Below are positions 1 through 14,122 of a DNA stretch of 64,000 nt, one piece after another. The stretch is taken from the NCBI GenBank assembly GCA_000004695.1, contig CM000153.2:1568001-1632000 (forward strand), read 5' to 3'. Below the pieces are notes generated by a model. That model was not told the DNA's origin and ran no database searches. It saw nothing but the letters and a program-made list of their open reading frames with translations. The translations under genes were made by a program, and so were the position numbers. Position 1 is the first letter of the stretch; every line of letters starts with the position of its first letter. This DNA is from Dictyostelium discoideum (Eukaryota).

Positions 1-1017
1 TAAAATAAAAGTTATATATAATATAATACGTACTGTTATTCATTTTATTAAAATCTGTTTAATTTTTATGTGTTCTGTTGTTGTTCACCGAAATTTTGAA
101 AAAAAAATATAAAAAAAAACTTTATATTATCAATAAATAACAATTTCTTTAATATCGAATTTATATAAAGTGCTTATTTAAATATGGATAATAATGATTA
201 ACAATAATGGATTATTTATGTTTTTTATTGTTTCTTATTTTGTTTTATTTTTTTTTTTTTTCTTTTAATTTTTTTTTTTTTTTTTATATTGCTTGGAGGA
301 AAATCAAAAATTTTAATTTTTGAATTTTTTGAATTTTTTCATTAAAAATATAAAAAAAAAAAAAAAAAAATAAAAAAAAAAAAATAAAAAAAAAATAAAA
401 AAAAAAAAAAAAATGAAAAAAAAAAAAAAAAATTTTTTTAAATTCGCACATTGTTTAATAAGACATTGAAGTTCAATCTACAAAAAAAATTTTATCTCAT
501 ATATTTAGTTTAAACAATAATATTCAGATTTGGGGAAATTTTTATGTTATTTTATAAAACAATTTTAAATTTGGTATCATTGATTATTTATCAACACACT
601 TCACCAAAAAAATAAAAAAATAAAAGATCTTAAAATGACATAATTGTATAATTACAACTAATAAAATAAAATTATTTCTTTAAAAAATAAAATAAAATAA
701 AATAAAATAAATTTAATTATTACCTAATTTTATTAATTATTATTTTATTATTTTATTTTTTACCTTTTTTTTTTTTTTTTTTTAAAACACTTTTTTTATT
801 TTTTTTTTCCTTTTTTTTTTTTATTTTTTTAATATATACACATTTTAATTGTTAAAAATAAAATAAAATTAAAAAATAAAAAATAAAAATAATTTTTAAA
901 AAAAAGAAATTAAATAAAATTAAATAAAATATTAATATTAAAGATACAACAATAAAGGTTATTTTATTTATTGATTTGTTTATTTTATTTTATTTTATTT
1001 TATTTTATTTTATTTAT

Positions 1018-2493
1018 TTATTTATAATTTGTAGTAGATTTAAATTGTTTTTGTTTTAATTTTTGTTCAACAAATTCTTTAATGGTAGTTGGTGTTTGTT
1101 GTGTAGATTTTGAATTATTATCATTATTATCGTTTGCTTGTTCTTGTTTAATGATTTTTTGATTTTCATTATCTTCACCACCTATTGGATTATTGAATTT
1201 TAAATAATGTTGTTTTATTTGTTTTGTACCATTTAAAACTCTATCCATTATTTTCTCTCTATTTGAAAATCCATTTGGACCAATCTTTTCAACTAAAAAT
1301 GATGCACCTGAACTACCAACTTGTAAACATTGAATTAATTCTTCTTTTTTAATATTTAATTTTATTAAAATATCTTCATTTTGTAGTTGTTGTTGTTGTT
1401 GTTGTTTTTGAAAACTATTTTCATCAACTTTATTATTATTATTTTGATTATTATTATTATTATTATTATTATTATTTTCATTTTTAAATTGTTTTTTAGT
1501 TTTTAATAAATTTAATAATTCTAAAATTGTACAAGTTAAAAAAGTATCACCACAACCTGTTTCATCACTAACTTGATCAGGTTTAAAGGTTGGAATATAA
1601 ATTTCACCAGTGATTGAAGATGAAAGGAATAAACCATCACCACCCATTGTAACGGCCACAATTGTAAAGCCAAAATTTAAACGTAATAATTTTGCACAAG
1701 TTGCAGGATCATGATCACCCATAATTGCTGCAGCTTCACCATATTCAGCCTTTACGACTGTAATAATATCATTTTCCATTCCATTTAATGACATTTTGAT
1801 ATTAATTAACTTTTCAATCATAACATTCATTGGTCTTGTTGTTACACGTGCACCATTAAATGATCTTAAAAACCCTTGAACATCAAATGCAATTATTGGT
1901 CTATAATATTGTTGTTTGAATTCTTGTTGTTGTTGTTGTTCTTGATTTATATTATTTACAATTTCCAATGTTTTCATTACTAAATGTTCATCAAATTCAC
2001 CAGCAACTGGAACAAATAATAATGCATCAGGATGAATGGAATCAATACATTTTATACATGCTTCTATTGAGATTTGATTACCTTTCTCCATTAATGATAA
2101 AGTTCTATTCTTTTTATTATTATAATAGTTTAAGAAATAACTTGTGTTTTTAATATCTTTAATTGTATCTGTGAATGTTAGATCTATTGATTGCTTGCTT
2201 TGAATTAATTGTTGAAATTCTTTATTGATATCATCACCAAATGTAGTTACTATAAAACTTTTTGTATCTCCAAAATAATGAGCTGCTAATGATCCATAGG
2301 TTACAGAGCCACCTAATGCCTCTGCCTTTATTACATCTTTACAATCATTGGTGTCATAGTTTTTTGATAATTCTTTTTGTACTTCTGGTGACATAAAATC
2401 TGTAAATGATCTTTCTCTTTCTAATTTAATTTTTTGATGTATTAAAATTACATCATTTACAAAATTACCAATAAATAAAATATTATTTTTCAT
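1018..2493 (-). CDS. pfkB-family carbohydrate kinase (ribokinase/adenosine-kinase-like), single exon
   Basis: 491-aa ORF from the track. It has an N-terminal GG motif (ALGGSVTYGSLAAHYFG) and a C-terminal anion-hole motif (ETGCGDTFLTC, compare DTxGAGDxF) that are typical of pfkB kinases. An internal (CAA)n/(AAT)n insert encodes poly-Q/N. Confidence 0.7.
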   Translation of the reverse strand: MKNNILFIGNFVNDVILIHQKIKLERERSFTDFMSPEVQKELSKNYDTNDCKDVIKAEALGGSVTYGSLAAHYFGDTKSFIVTTFGDDINKEFQQLIQSKQSIDLTFTDTIKDIKNTSYFLNYYNNKKNRTLSLMEKGNQISIEACIKCIDSIHPDALLFVPVAGEFDEHLVMKTLEIVNNINQEQQQQQEFKQQYYRPIIAFDVQGFLRSFNGARVTTRPMNVMIEKLINIKMSLNGMENDIITVVKAEYGEAAAIMGDHDPATCAKLLRLNFGFTIVAVTMGGDGLFLSSSITGEIYIPTFKPDQVSDETGCGDTFLTCTILELLNLLKTKKQFKNENNNNNNNNNNQNNNNKVDENSFQKQQQQQQLQNEDILIKLNIKKEELIQCLQVGSSGASFLVEKIGPNGFSNREKIMDRVLNGTKQIKQHYLKFNNPIGGEDNENQKIIKQEQANDNNDNNSKSTQQTPTTIKEFVEQKLKQKQFKSTTNYK

Positions 2494-2823
2494 TATTTTT
2501 TTTTTTTTTTTTTCTATTGTGTATTTCTTTTTTAAATTTGTATTTCTTTTTTTAAAATTGTATAAATAAAATGAATATTTTTTTTATTTTTATTTTTTAT
2601 TTTTTATTATTTTTTTTTTTTTTATTTTCTTAAAATTATTAATATTGTTAATTTTATATTAAAATAGAAATTAAAATAATTTTTTTTTAAAATTGGTAAA
2701 TAAGGTATTGTGTAAAAAAAAAAAAAAAATAAAAAAAAATAATAATAAATAAAAATAAAATTATTTGAAAATAATATCTGTTTTTATTGTGTGAGGGTAT
2801 TGCTTTTGGGTAATAAAGAAAAG

Positions 2824-2857
<34 letters not shown>

Positions 2858-2935
2858 ATGGATTTGCCATATTATCTTTTAATTTAATTTTAATTTTCAC
2901 ACATAAAAATAAAAATAAAAATCAAAAAATATTAA

Positions 2936-2968
<33 letters not shown>

Positions 2969-3394
2969 CATTTTTTTTTTTTTATATACAGATCTCTTCA
3001 CTGTCCCACCTTTTTTTTTTTTTTTTCAGTTTTTTTTAAATTTTTTTTTTTTTTTTCACTGAGGAGTTTTGTTGTTGAATTTGTCAATCGATTTGGTAGA
3101 GCTGTTATTTTTATTTCACTTAACAAAATTAGATAATAAAAATTCAACTTTACTAGTAATAATAATAATAATAATAATAATAGTAATAATATCAAATAAC
3201 GAACATTCAGTTGAGCATTTGTACATAAAAAATAAAATAAATAAAAAATAAAACATCACACCACTGCCACCACCAATACCACTACTACCGCCAATTTATC
3301 AACTACCAAAAATTTTGATACTATCATTTATTCATATATAAGTCACACATACACATACACATACACAATCATATAATATATATAGATACATAAA

Positions 3395-3558
3395 ATGAGA
3401 CTCACAGCAGAACTCATATTGAAATCACCAGATTATATAAACCCATGTAAGGATAGAGAATTAAATTTAAGAGGTAATAAAATTTCAAGTATTGAAAATT
3501 TAGGTGCTACCAAGGTAATTATTAACTTTTTTTTTTTTTTTTTTTTTTATACATAAAA

Positions 3559-3598
<40 letters not shown>

Positions 3599-4487
3599 TA
3601 TAGAAATATAGAATTATTAGAATCTATATCAAAAAAAAAAAATAAAAAATAAAAAATAAAAAAAAAAAAAAGAATTTGAATTTTAGTAATAACACAAATA
3701 ATTTCCTTTTTCTATTCCTATTATTATTTTTATTTTATTAGAACCAATTTGATACAATTGATTTTTCAGATAATGAAATTAGCAAAGTTGAAAATTTTCC
3801 AAAATTAGAAAGAGTGAAAACTTTATTATTTAATAATAATCATATTAAAAGTTTTGAAGAAGATTTTGGAAGTAGTCTTCCTCATTTAAGAGCATTGATT
3901 CTTAGTAATAATAGAATAAATAATTTATCAGATCTCGAACCATTAACAAAATTATCAGAAATCAAGTTTATTAGTTTACTTGAAAATCCAGTTTCAAAGA
4001 AACCAAATTATCGTTTATATTTAATACATTTAGTACCTCATTTAAAAATTATAGATTTTAGAAAAGTTAAGAAAATAGTAAGTATTTATTATTTTATTTT
4101 ATTTTTATTTTATTTATTTTTTCAAAAAATTAAATATCCAAAATAATTAGTTACTAATAAAAAAAAAAAAAAAAAAAAAAAATTATACAATTAACTAAAA
4201 TAATTAAGGAAAGGGAAGAATCAAAAAAATTATTTGGTCAATCAAAATTAATTTTGGAAAAATATAGTACAGATAAAAATAAAGATAAATCAAAGACATT
4301 TGAACCTGGTGAAGGTGTGAATAATAATAGTAGTAATAATAATAATAATAATAACAAAATATCCTCAACTCCAGTTAAGAAACTCACTGAAGAAGAAAAG
4401 AAATCGATTAGATTACAAATTGATAATGCGAAAACTATGGAAGAAATTAATATTTTAGAAGCTAAATTAAGAACTGGTGACATCTAA
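3395..4487 (+). CDS. U2 snRNP A' (SNRPA1/Lea1 ortholog), leucine-rich-repeat protein
   Basis: Three exons: 3395..3514, 3742..4077, 4209..4487. Donors are GTAATT at 3515 and GTAAGT at 4078. Acceptors are the AG at 3740-3741 and the AG at 4207-4208. The spliced product MRLTAELILKSPDYINPCKDRELNLRGNKISSIENLGATK|NQFDTIDFSDNEISKVENFPKLERVKTLLFNNNHIK... aligns colinearly with human U2A' (LTAELIEQAAQYTNAVRDRELDLRGYKIPVIENLGATLDQFDAIDFSDNEI...). It has the C-terminal LRR cap (ENPVSKKPNYRLYLIHLVPHLKIIDFRKV). Confidence 0.85.
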
Positions 4488-4872
4488 AATATTAAAAAAA
4501 AATCTGAAAATAAAAATAAAAAAAAAAATCTAAAAACAAAAATAAAAAAAAAATATATATAAAAAAAAAAAAAAAAAAAGATTTAAATGTGATCACATTT
4601 TAATGTATAAAAATAAACTAAACCTATCAAAAAAAATAAAAAAATAAATTAAAATTTGTTATACAATATTTTTATTTTTTTTTATTTTTTTTTTTTTTTT
4701 ATAAAAAGAGAAATTTATTTTCTTTTAGAGAAAAAAAAAAAGTTATAGTTTAATCTGTTTGGCTATTATAAATATTATTATTATTATTATTATTATTATT
4801 TTGTTATTAAAATCCGAAAAACTATTATTACAATTTTGACATCAATAAATTAACTTTTAATTTTGAAAAAAA

Positions 4873-4898
4873 TATATTGTGCACATTGGCACAATATA
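4873..4898. promoter_or_regulatory. Perfect 10-bp inverted repeat (tatattgtgc / gcacaatata) with a 6-bp spacer, between two convergent 3' ends
   Basis: Read directly from the sequence: tatattgtgc acattg gcacaatata. It lies downstream of the U2A' stop and downstream of the minus-strand Myb-like gene stop, so it could be a hairpin/terminator or a factor-binding site. Confidence 0.3.
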
Positions 4899-5182
4899 AT
4901 ATTAAAGTAATTTAAGTGTATTTTTTGAAATAATATTGATTAAAATTATTTATGATTGGAAAATGAGAAGAGGAAAAAAAATTAAATGCTGTGGTGAAAA
5001 AAACAACATTTTTGTACTTGATATATACAGGGGGAGGGGGGGATTTGGAAAAAAAGTTGGAAAATTAAATAAGGTGGAAAAAGTTGGAAAAAAAGAAAAA
5101 AACGACCAATCAAGACATCTTGTTGATCAATTTGAATAATTTACAAATAACTTGAAAAAAAAAAACAGTTGAATCAAATTGA

Positions 5183-6826
5183 TTAATTGTGATAGTTATT
5201 GTAATTATTATTGTTGTTGTTATTATTGTTGTTTAAATTTTCAGGTCGGTTTGGACAAAGTGGTGGACATTTTTGATGTTCATTACGATGTGCTTCACAT
5301 GATTGGGCTGGACGTCCAATTGGTTTTCTGAATTTTGGAAAATTTTGTTGGTTTTCATTATTTGATTTTTGTTGCGGTGATTGTCTATCACTTTCATGTG
5401 GTGAATGTGGAGGTGATAAAGATGATCTATAATTATTATTATAATTATTTCCATTATTATTATTACCATTATTGTTGTTATAATAGCTATTGTTGTTACT
5501 ATTATTATTATTATTATTATTGTTGTTGTTGTTATAATAATTGTTGTTATTATTACTACTATTATTGTTGTTATTATTGTTGTTATTATTATTAGAATAA
5601 GATGAAATTGATGATAAATATTGGTTTGAACCTTGTTGGTTGTAGTTTTGATTTTGATTTTGGTTGTGGTTTTGGTTGTAATTTTGGTTTTGGTTTTGGT
5701 TTTGGTTTTGATTTTGATTTTGATTTTGATTTTGATTTTGGTTTTGGTTTTTTAATTTATTATTTTGTTGAGTGTTCCCATTTTGTGGTTTTTGTTTTTG
5801 TTGTTGTTGAATTTGTTTTTGTAAATTTTGTTGAGCTTGTTGATGTTGAACTTGAGCTTGGGCAGCCAATTGTTGTTGTTGTAATTGAAGATGTTGTTGA
5901 AATTGTTGATTATTTTGTTGTTGTTGTTGTTGAAATTGTTTGTATTGAGTAAGTTGTTGACTTAATTGTTGACTCAATTGTTGTTGTTGATTCATTTGTT
6001 GTTGGTGGTATTGTTGTTGTTGTGGTGGTAAATTTTGAGTCATTTGTTGTGATGCTTGATAGAATTGTTGGAGATTGATTTGTTGTTGTTGAACTTGTTG
6101 TTGTGCTTCGGTACTGGTTTGTAAGAGTAACAATTTCTCATTTTGATCGATTAATTTTGAGATTGGATGAACACAATGTGGTCTTGGGGACCATTTATTC
6201 ATTAATCTCATATACTTCTTTCTGGTGGAAGTTACAGTACGACCCAATGTACTGGCAATGGATCTCCAACGCAATTCACTCTCTTTTGAAGTGACAGATT
6301 GTGGATCTCTTTGGAAAACCATCTCCAATAATCTACAACATTCTTCTTGTGACCAAAGTTTTCTAGTGGCAATTGGAATCTCAACTGGTGATAGGCGTCC
6401 GGTACATGATTCTGGGCATTTCTTCTTCCATTTACTATGTTTATTACAGGCCAATGATCTCATATTATTTGGTGAAGATTCTCCATCGTTCTCTTCAGAT
6501 TCTGATCCTGATCCTCCTGATGGTGATCTAGTTGGTGATGATGGAATTAATTGTTGCAACTCTTGTGAATTACCATTATAATCAAATAATGAATTATTTA
6601 CTGAATTTAAATTATTATTTAATTGATTTAATTGATTTAATTGTTGTTGTTGTTTTGTTGTATTATTTTCATTACGATCATTGTTATTATTGTTGTTGTT
6701 ATTAGAATGATCAAATAATGGTTGTCTTGGTGATAAAAATGGAGAATTATTAGTTGATGAACCATTTGGAGTTGTTTTAGAAGAGATTGATGGTGAGGTA
6801 TTATAGAGTTCGGATGAATAATCAGA

Positions 6827-6871
<45 letters not shown>

Positions 6872-7245
6872 GGAAACATAGTGATCAACATGTAATTTTG
6901 GTTTTTGATATTTTTGATATGGGTGGTATGAATTTGGTGACAATGATGATGTGTGAATTGTTGGTGAATTTTCTGATGATTTTGATGGGCTAGCAATCTT
7001 TGATAATAAAATTACACCATCTTCCATTAAATCTTTATTTGATAATGAAGAAGAAGAAGATGATGATGATGATGATGACGATGATGAGAATGATGGTGAT
7101 GGCAATTGTAATGAAGATGGTGATGTAACTATAGAATTCTTTGATGGATAAGTGAATTTAATTGATGATGATGGTGAATTTGGTCTATCAATTGTCGAAT
7201 CTTGACCAGTTGGTGATGATGTTGCTGATGAATCATCACAATAAC

Positions 7246-7277
<32 letters not shown>

Positions 7278-7363
7278 GAATTATTATTGTTATTGTTATT
7301 ATTATTATTATCGTTGGAATCTTCCAACATGAAAGAAATTTTCATTCTATCTAAGACAATCAT
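5183..7363 (-). CDS. Myb-like/SANT DNA-binding-domain protein with very long poly-Q/poly-N/poly-S tracts
   Basis: 726-aa ORF from the track. It has one Myb/SANT-like repeat (WSQEECCRLLEMVFQRD...ELRWRSIASTLGRTVTSTRKKYMRLMNKW) flanked by Cys/His clusters (LACNKHSKWKKKCPESC; CEAHRNEHQKCPPLCPNRP). The rest is low complexity. The true start may be the second Met (MKISFMLED). Confidence 0.6.
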
Positions 7364-8111
7364 TTTTTTTATTTATTTATTGAAAAATTGAAAATTGGTG
7401 GAATTATTTTTTTATTTTTTATTTTTTTTTTATTCTATATTTATTTAAATTTATTTTGTAAATATGTGTGTGTATATACCAAAAAACGCCACACGGAAAT
7501 AAAGAATGAGTATAAAAAATTAAAATTAATATTTTGATTTTTTTTTTTTTTTTTGTTTTTTTTTTTTTTTTTTTTTTTTAATTAATAAAAAAAATTATAA
7601 AAGTATATTTTTTTAAAAAATATTAAAAAAATAAAAAAATAAAATTGTTTATAGTAGGTTATTTTATAAAATAATTTAATTAGACAAAACAGTGCAAATA
7701 AAAAAATAAAAAAAAAAAAAATTAAGTTGAAGTGGGCCAAGTGATTATTGTTTTTTTTTTTTTTTTTTTTTGTAAAATTTTTTTTTTTTTTACAATGATT
7801 TTTTGTGTTAAAGAGGTAATATTAGATTAAAGTGTTGATGTTGGTTTTAAAAAAAAAAAAACTAATAAATTTAAAATAAATAATACAGTTATATGAAAGA
7901 AAATAGAAATTTTGATAAAAAAAGAAAAATTATAAGAATATGGTTTAAACGAAATAAAATTATTATAATAATTTAAGAAAAAAAAAAAAAAAACAATAAT
8001 TGTTTGAGCTATTAACATAAATAGAACCCTTTGCAATTATGTAAAAAATTATATATAAGGATAAAAAAAAAAAAACCTTTCAGCTAATTGTTTTTAATAC
8101 ATATATAGAAA

Positions 8112-8149
<38 letters not shown>

Positions 8150-9742
8150 ATAATTTTATTTTATTATTATTATTTTAATTTATTTTACAAAAGCACAAAA
8201 AAAAAAAAAAAAAAAAAAAAAACAGTGGTGGAAAAAGTTTTGATTAAATAATAAATAAAATAAAAAAAAATAAAAAAAAAAACCAAAATAAATCAAAAAA
8301 CCAAATTTTTTATTTTGAAAAAAAAAAAAAGATTTTATTTATTTAAAAGAAAGGGACAACAAATATTTATTGATTGACAACAAGATAAATAAATTTTAAA
8401 AAAAAAAAAAAAAAAAAAAAAAGTGGAAAAAAAAGTTGCCTTTGTTTTTTGTGAATTATTAATTAAAAAAAAATAAAAATAAAAATAAAAATAAATAAAA
8501 ATAAAAATAAAAATAAATGTTGTGTGTGAACCTAAGTGATCTATTTTTTTTTTTTTTTTGAAAAATAAAAAAAAAAAAAAATATATTTTAATTAAAAAGA
8601 ATTTAGGGGGGTATTTATTAAAATTATTTTTTTTAATTATACCACACCCCCTTTTGTCCAAGCATACCGAAACAAATTTTTTTTTTTTTTTTTTTTTTGT
8701 CAAAAACAATGAAATATTCAAAAAAAAAAAATAAATAAAAAAAACTTAACACAGATTTTAATGTGATTTTAACATTGATCAATAACGTCTCCAATTTTTC
8801 CAATCGGCACCAAATAGAATTTTTTTTTTTTGAATTTTAAAAAAAAAAAAAAATAATATTGTACAAGTGTCGAGATATTAAAAGAAAAAATTTTGTGTGG
8901 TTGCACTGGAAAAAAAAAATAAAAAACAACTGACTATAATAGCATCGGTGGAGGTCCAAAATTTTCTATTTTTTTTTTAAAAAATAATTATCAAATTCAC
9001 CCCCACAAAATAAAAAATAAATAAATAAATAAATAAATTAAATTAAATTATTGGTTTTTTTTTTTAAAAGTTAATGTATAAAAATGGTATTGATGGTAGT
9101 AATAAATGACTAAATTTTTTTTTTTTTTTCTTATTATTTGTTGTTTTTTTTTTTTTTTGGTGTGTTTTTAATTTATTTTTATTTTTTTTTTTTTTATACA
9201 CAATTAATTAATGTCCTTTGGATTGAAAAGAGTGAGATTAAATAAATGAGATCAAAGAAAAGAAAAAAAAAAAAAAAAAAATTAAAAATTAAAAGAAAAA
9301 ATATTGGTGAAAGGTTAAGAAATAGAAGGGGGTATTTATTCAGTTTGAATAGGAAAAAAAAAAAAATAAAAAATAAAAAATAATAATAAAATAATAAATA
9401 TATACAACGACCACGGCATCAATATTTGCCAATCCTTCTGGTGGTATTTTTTTATTTTTTTATTTTTTTAATTAACAATAACAACTTTTTTTTTATAAAA
9501 AAAAAAAATAAAATAAAAATTTCAAAAAATTAGATCTGATGGTTTTTTTTTACTTTTATATCTTTGCCAAAAAAAAAAAAAATAAATAAAAAAAAAAATA
9601 AAAAAAATAACAAAAAAAAAAAAAAAAAAAAAAAATAAAAAAAAATTAAAAAATAACAAATAAAAAGAATTTTATAAAATAATTGAAAACTGAAATTTTT
9701 AAAAAAAAAAAAAAGGTGATGGCTTTTGTGATCAAAATTTTT

Positions 9743-9778
<36 letters not shown>

Positions 9779-9980
9779 CAAACCTTTAAAAAATTGATTG
9801 TTTATTTTTATTTTTTTTTTTTTATTTTTATTATTCTCTATTATTTTTATTTATTTTTTAAAATTTATTTATTTATTTTTTTATATACCAAGAATAAAAT
9901 TATTTTGAATCTCGTGTGTTTATTTTTTTTTTTTTTTTTATTTTATTTTATTTTTTATGAGGTTGGATTGAGAGAGAAAG

Positions 9981-10019
<39 letters not shown>

Positions 10020-10860
10020 ATTATCAACCCGTGATAACAATAATAATCAAATGGTGAAAAAAAAAAAAAAAAAAAAAGTTAAAACAAAAAAAAAAATCAC
10101 AAAAAAAAAAAAATAAAAAACAAAATAATTTAAAAAAAAAAAATTAAAAATCTTGTGTTGTCTTGTTGGTTTGGAAAAACCATTTTATTTTGGAACCAAA
10201 AAAAAAAAAAAATGGTTTGTCCATAGTCCACCAAATTTTTTTTAAAAAATTTTTTAAAAAAAAAAAAGAACATGAAGAGGCGAAATTAAAAACAAAAAAA
10301 GACTGTGAATAAATATCTGACAATTTTAAAAAGAAAAAAAATTTGTTCCTTTAGCTGTTTTTTTTTTTTTTTTTATTTTTTAATTTCAAAAATAAAAATT
10401 GATTTTATGATGAAACATACCTTTTATGACCGGGCTTAGCAAAGAAATTTTTTTTTTTTTACTTTTCTATCGCGTGATTGAAAAATAAAAAAAAAAAAAA
10501 TTATAAAATGTAATTTGACCAAAAAAAAAAAAAAAAATAATTAAAAAAAAAAAAAAAAAGAAAACTTTATTTGAAAAGAACAAATTATTGTAATTGATGA
10601 TTATGATATTGATTTAAAATTATTATATTATTATTTTTTTACTTTATTTTTTTTTATTTTTATTTTTATATTTATTTTTTTATTTTTTTTTTTATTTATT
10701 TTTATTTTTATTTTTGTTTTTTTTTAAAATATTCCAAAGGTTGATTATTATTATTATTGGCAAATTTTATTTTTTTTTATGTTGGTTTTGGAGTTGAGTC
10801 AATTGTGCAATATTATTATTTTCAACCTGAGGTAAAATTATTGTTATTATTATTGTTGGG

Positions 10861-10902
<42 letters not shown>

Positions 10903-11882
10903 AGAAAAAAAAAATAAAATTTAAAAAAAAAGTTGTTGATTAATTTTTATTTTTTCGATTCCTAAATATCTTATGGATTCAGTGAAGGAAAAAAAAAAAT
11001 TGTGAAAAAAAAAAAAAAAAAAAAAAATGTTTTTTAATTAATAGGACAACCCTGAAGATTAACGAATAATGTTGGCTCGAATGTTTTTTTTTTTTGTTAA
11101 AATTATTTTATAAAAACAACCGGCCTAAGTGCTTATTTAATATGATATCACAAATGATTTTGATTTTCTTTTCTTTCTTTTTTTTTTATTTTATAGTTGG
11201 TGGATGGTCTGAAAAAAAGTTTATGATTTTTTTTTTTTAAAAAATTTATTTTTTATTTTTATTTTTTTTTTATTTTTTTTTTTTGGACACGAGGGATGTG
11301 TGACTTTTCAATTTCTAAAAGTTTTTTTTTTTTTTTGTCAAAATATCTTTTTAAATTTGGTTTGTTGTTACATTGAAACTTTTTTGATGATACTGGTGAT
11401 CGGAGAGATTTTATAGATTTCAATTCACCGAACAAAAAACATTAACTGAAAATAGATCTATTCATTCTTTTTATAATAATCAATAGAAAAAAAAAAAAAA
11501 AAAAAAATGAATAAATAAAAAAAAAAAAACAAATTTTAAAAATAAAATTAATTAATTAATTAATTATACAACAGATTTTTTTTTTTTCCACTTTTAAAAT
11601 ATCAAAGTCCCAAAAAGTTTTTTTTTTTTTTTTTTTTTTTTTAATTTTTTGTGAATGGGCCTTTTTGTAAATCAACCAATATTGGGGCAAACATCGGTTT
11701 TTTTGGGAATTTCGGTTATTTTAAATTGTTATCGACAAATGCTTTTGATTTCTCCATTTCACAATTTTTTTTTCTCAATTTAATAAACACCGAAAACAAT
11801 GAAATTTATTTGGTTTGGATTTTGGATAAGGCACCCTCACAGGACTATCATTTTTTTATTTTTTTTTTTTTTTCAGATAATA

Positions 11883-11932
<50 letters not shown>

Positions 11933-12530
11933 CCAAAAGTCAAAAAAATATCGCTTCAACCCAAAAAGTTAACTGAATTTGTAACAATTATATTAAAAAG
12001 CCCTTTAAAAAAAAGGCTTTTTGATTTCTTTTTTTTTTTTTTTTATAATTATTTTTTTTAATTAATTAGTTTTTTTTTTTTTGACCAAGTTTTATTTCAA
12101 TTCATTTAAAAACCATAAACGATATCTAATTATCCAATCATATTGTTATTTTTATTATTATTATTATTATTATTTTATTTTTTTTAATTTTTTAGAAATA
12201 CATATCATATTTTTTATAAAAAAAAAAAAAAAATTAATTAGTTTTGAGATTATTATTTTTTTTTTTTTTTAAACAATTTTAAATAACTAAGAAAAAATGA
12301 TAAAAATTATAAAAATCAATCTCTTCTTTACTTTAAAAGAAAAGCAAATTTACAAAATTTTTCCTTTTTTCTAACAATTTTAAAAATACACAACTATTTA
12401 AACAAAAAGTTAACTTTTTCCCACTTTTTAAAGTTAGAAAATTACTTTTTTTTTTATTATTATTATTTTTTATTTTTTTTTTTATTATTAAGATTAATGA
12501 TTTACATAAAATTTTATTTATTTATTTTAA

Positions 12531-12994
12531 TTAAAAAGTAATATTTGACTCATTCATTTTCTTTAAAATATCATCTCTATTTTGTTGCATTTCATCAATA
12601 AGATTTGATTGATATTCCAATTCTTCTTCAAGGTATTGTTGATTTTCAGATTCATCAAATTCTTCAAAATTTGTTAAAATATTATCATTTTCATAGGTTG
12701 GGAAAAGGTATTGAGCATCTTTCCAAACTGGATTCTCTTGAATTACACCACAATGTTCATGTTGATTAATATGTAAATGTGAGAAAAATGTTTCTTTATC
12801 TTTAAATGAATTATCACCACAATAACAACAAATCATTTCAGAAACACATCTTCTAATAAAATTTAATAATTTAATTGATTCATAATAATCTAAATCTATA
12901 AATTAAAAATATCAAAGAGAGATAGAAAGAGAGAGAGAGATAGATAGAGATAGATAATATTAATAGATTAGTTATTATTATTATTATTATTATT

Positions 12995-13028
<34 letters not shown>

Positions 13029-14084
13029 TATCAGTTATCAAAGTTGGTGGGCTTGACAATGATTACTTTTTTGACTTTTTGATTTTTTGACTTTTGTCTG
13101 ATATTTTTTTTTTTTATTTGGTTCAGACAAAAATCAAAAAGGTTTTTGTCTGAAAATTATTATTGTAATAAAATAAAATAAAATAAAAAAAAAAAAAAAA
13201 ACTGTTAATCTCACTTACTCCAAGATTTTCTCTTTTTGTCAAAATCAAAATTATGAACATTTCTCATATGCTCGAATGTACAGTCGGAATTATCAAAATG
13301 GGTCTCACAGAATAAGCAAACTGCAGTATCTTCGATTTCATTTTCAGAACCTTCTGTCCAATCATCCCAATGTGAACTAAATAATAATTTTAAAAAAAAA
13401 AAGTTGGTTAATAATTATTTATTTATTTTTTTTTTTTATTTTTTTTTTAAAAAAAATTAAAAATACATTACATTTGATGATTACCATTATTTTCATTTTG
13501 AGCTTGTTTCATTATATCAATATTATTTATATATTTATTATCATCATCATCATTATCACCATGATCTTTTTTTAAATCTTCCCAATTTTTACCAGGTTCT
13601 AAATAATTTAAAAGATAATATTTATCATAGGTTGTATTTGTTGGATTTAATCTATTATGTTTTTTCTTTTTCATATGAAGTTTAAGTACAGATTGTGATT
13701 TAAATATTTTTTCACAATATAAACATTGCATTTCATCACATTTCTCTTTTAAAATTTCAAGTAATTCTTTTAAATTTACTAAATTATCTGATAATCCAAT
13801 ATTAAAGCTTTTTTTTTATGTAAAAAAAAAAAAAATAAAAATAAATAAATATTAATAACTTTTTACTTTTTTTTTTATTTTTTTATTTGATTAAATAATA
13901 AATACATACTTGTGTTGTTCTACTAAATGTGTTGTTACACTTGATCTATCACCTTTAAATGTTGCTGGACACATTGGACAAATACATGTAAAATTTGGAT
14001 TTATTCTTTCAGAATGTTGTTGTTCTAAAATTGAATTCTGTTTTTATTTTATATATTTGGTTAATAAAAATTATAATTCTAAAT

Positions 14085-14122
<38 letters not shown>

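Noticed and set aside
8335-10057. Track ORFs in the 7.4-12.5 kb block (8335..8721, 9530..9781, 9683..10057, 11651..11887, 12081..12272) and similar poly-K/F/I ORFs elsewhere (2998..3251, 31116..31384, 43569..43763, 61089..61283)
   Set aside because: They are translations of poly(A)/poly(T) and AT-dinucleotide runs, giving poly-Lys/Phe/Ile/Tyr. They have no protein-like composition and no splice or start context.
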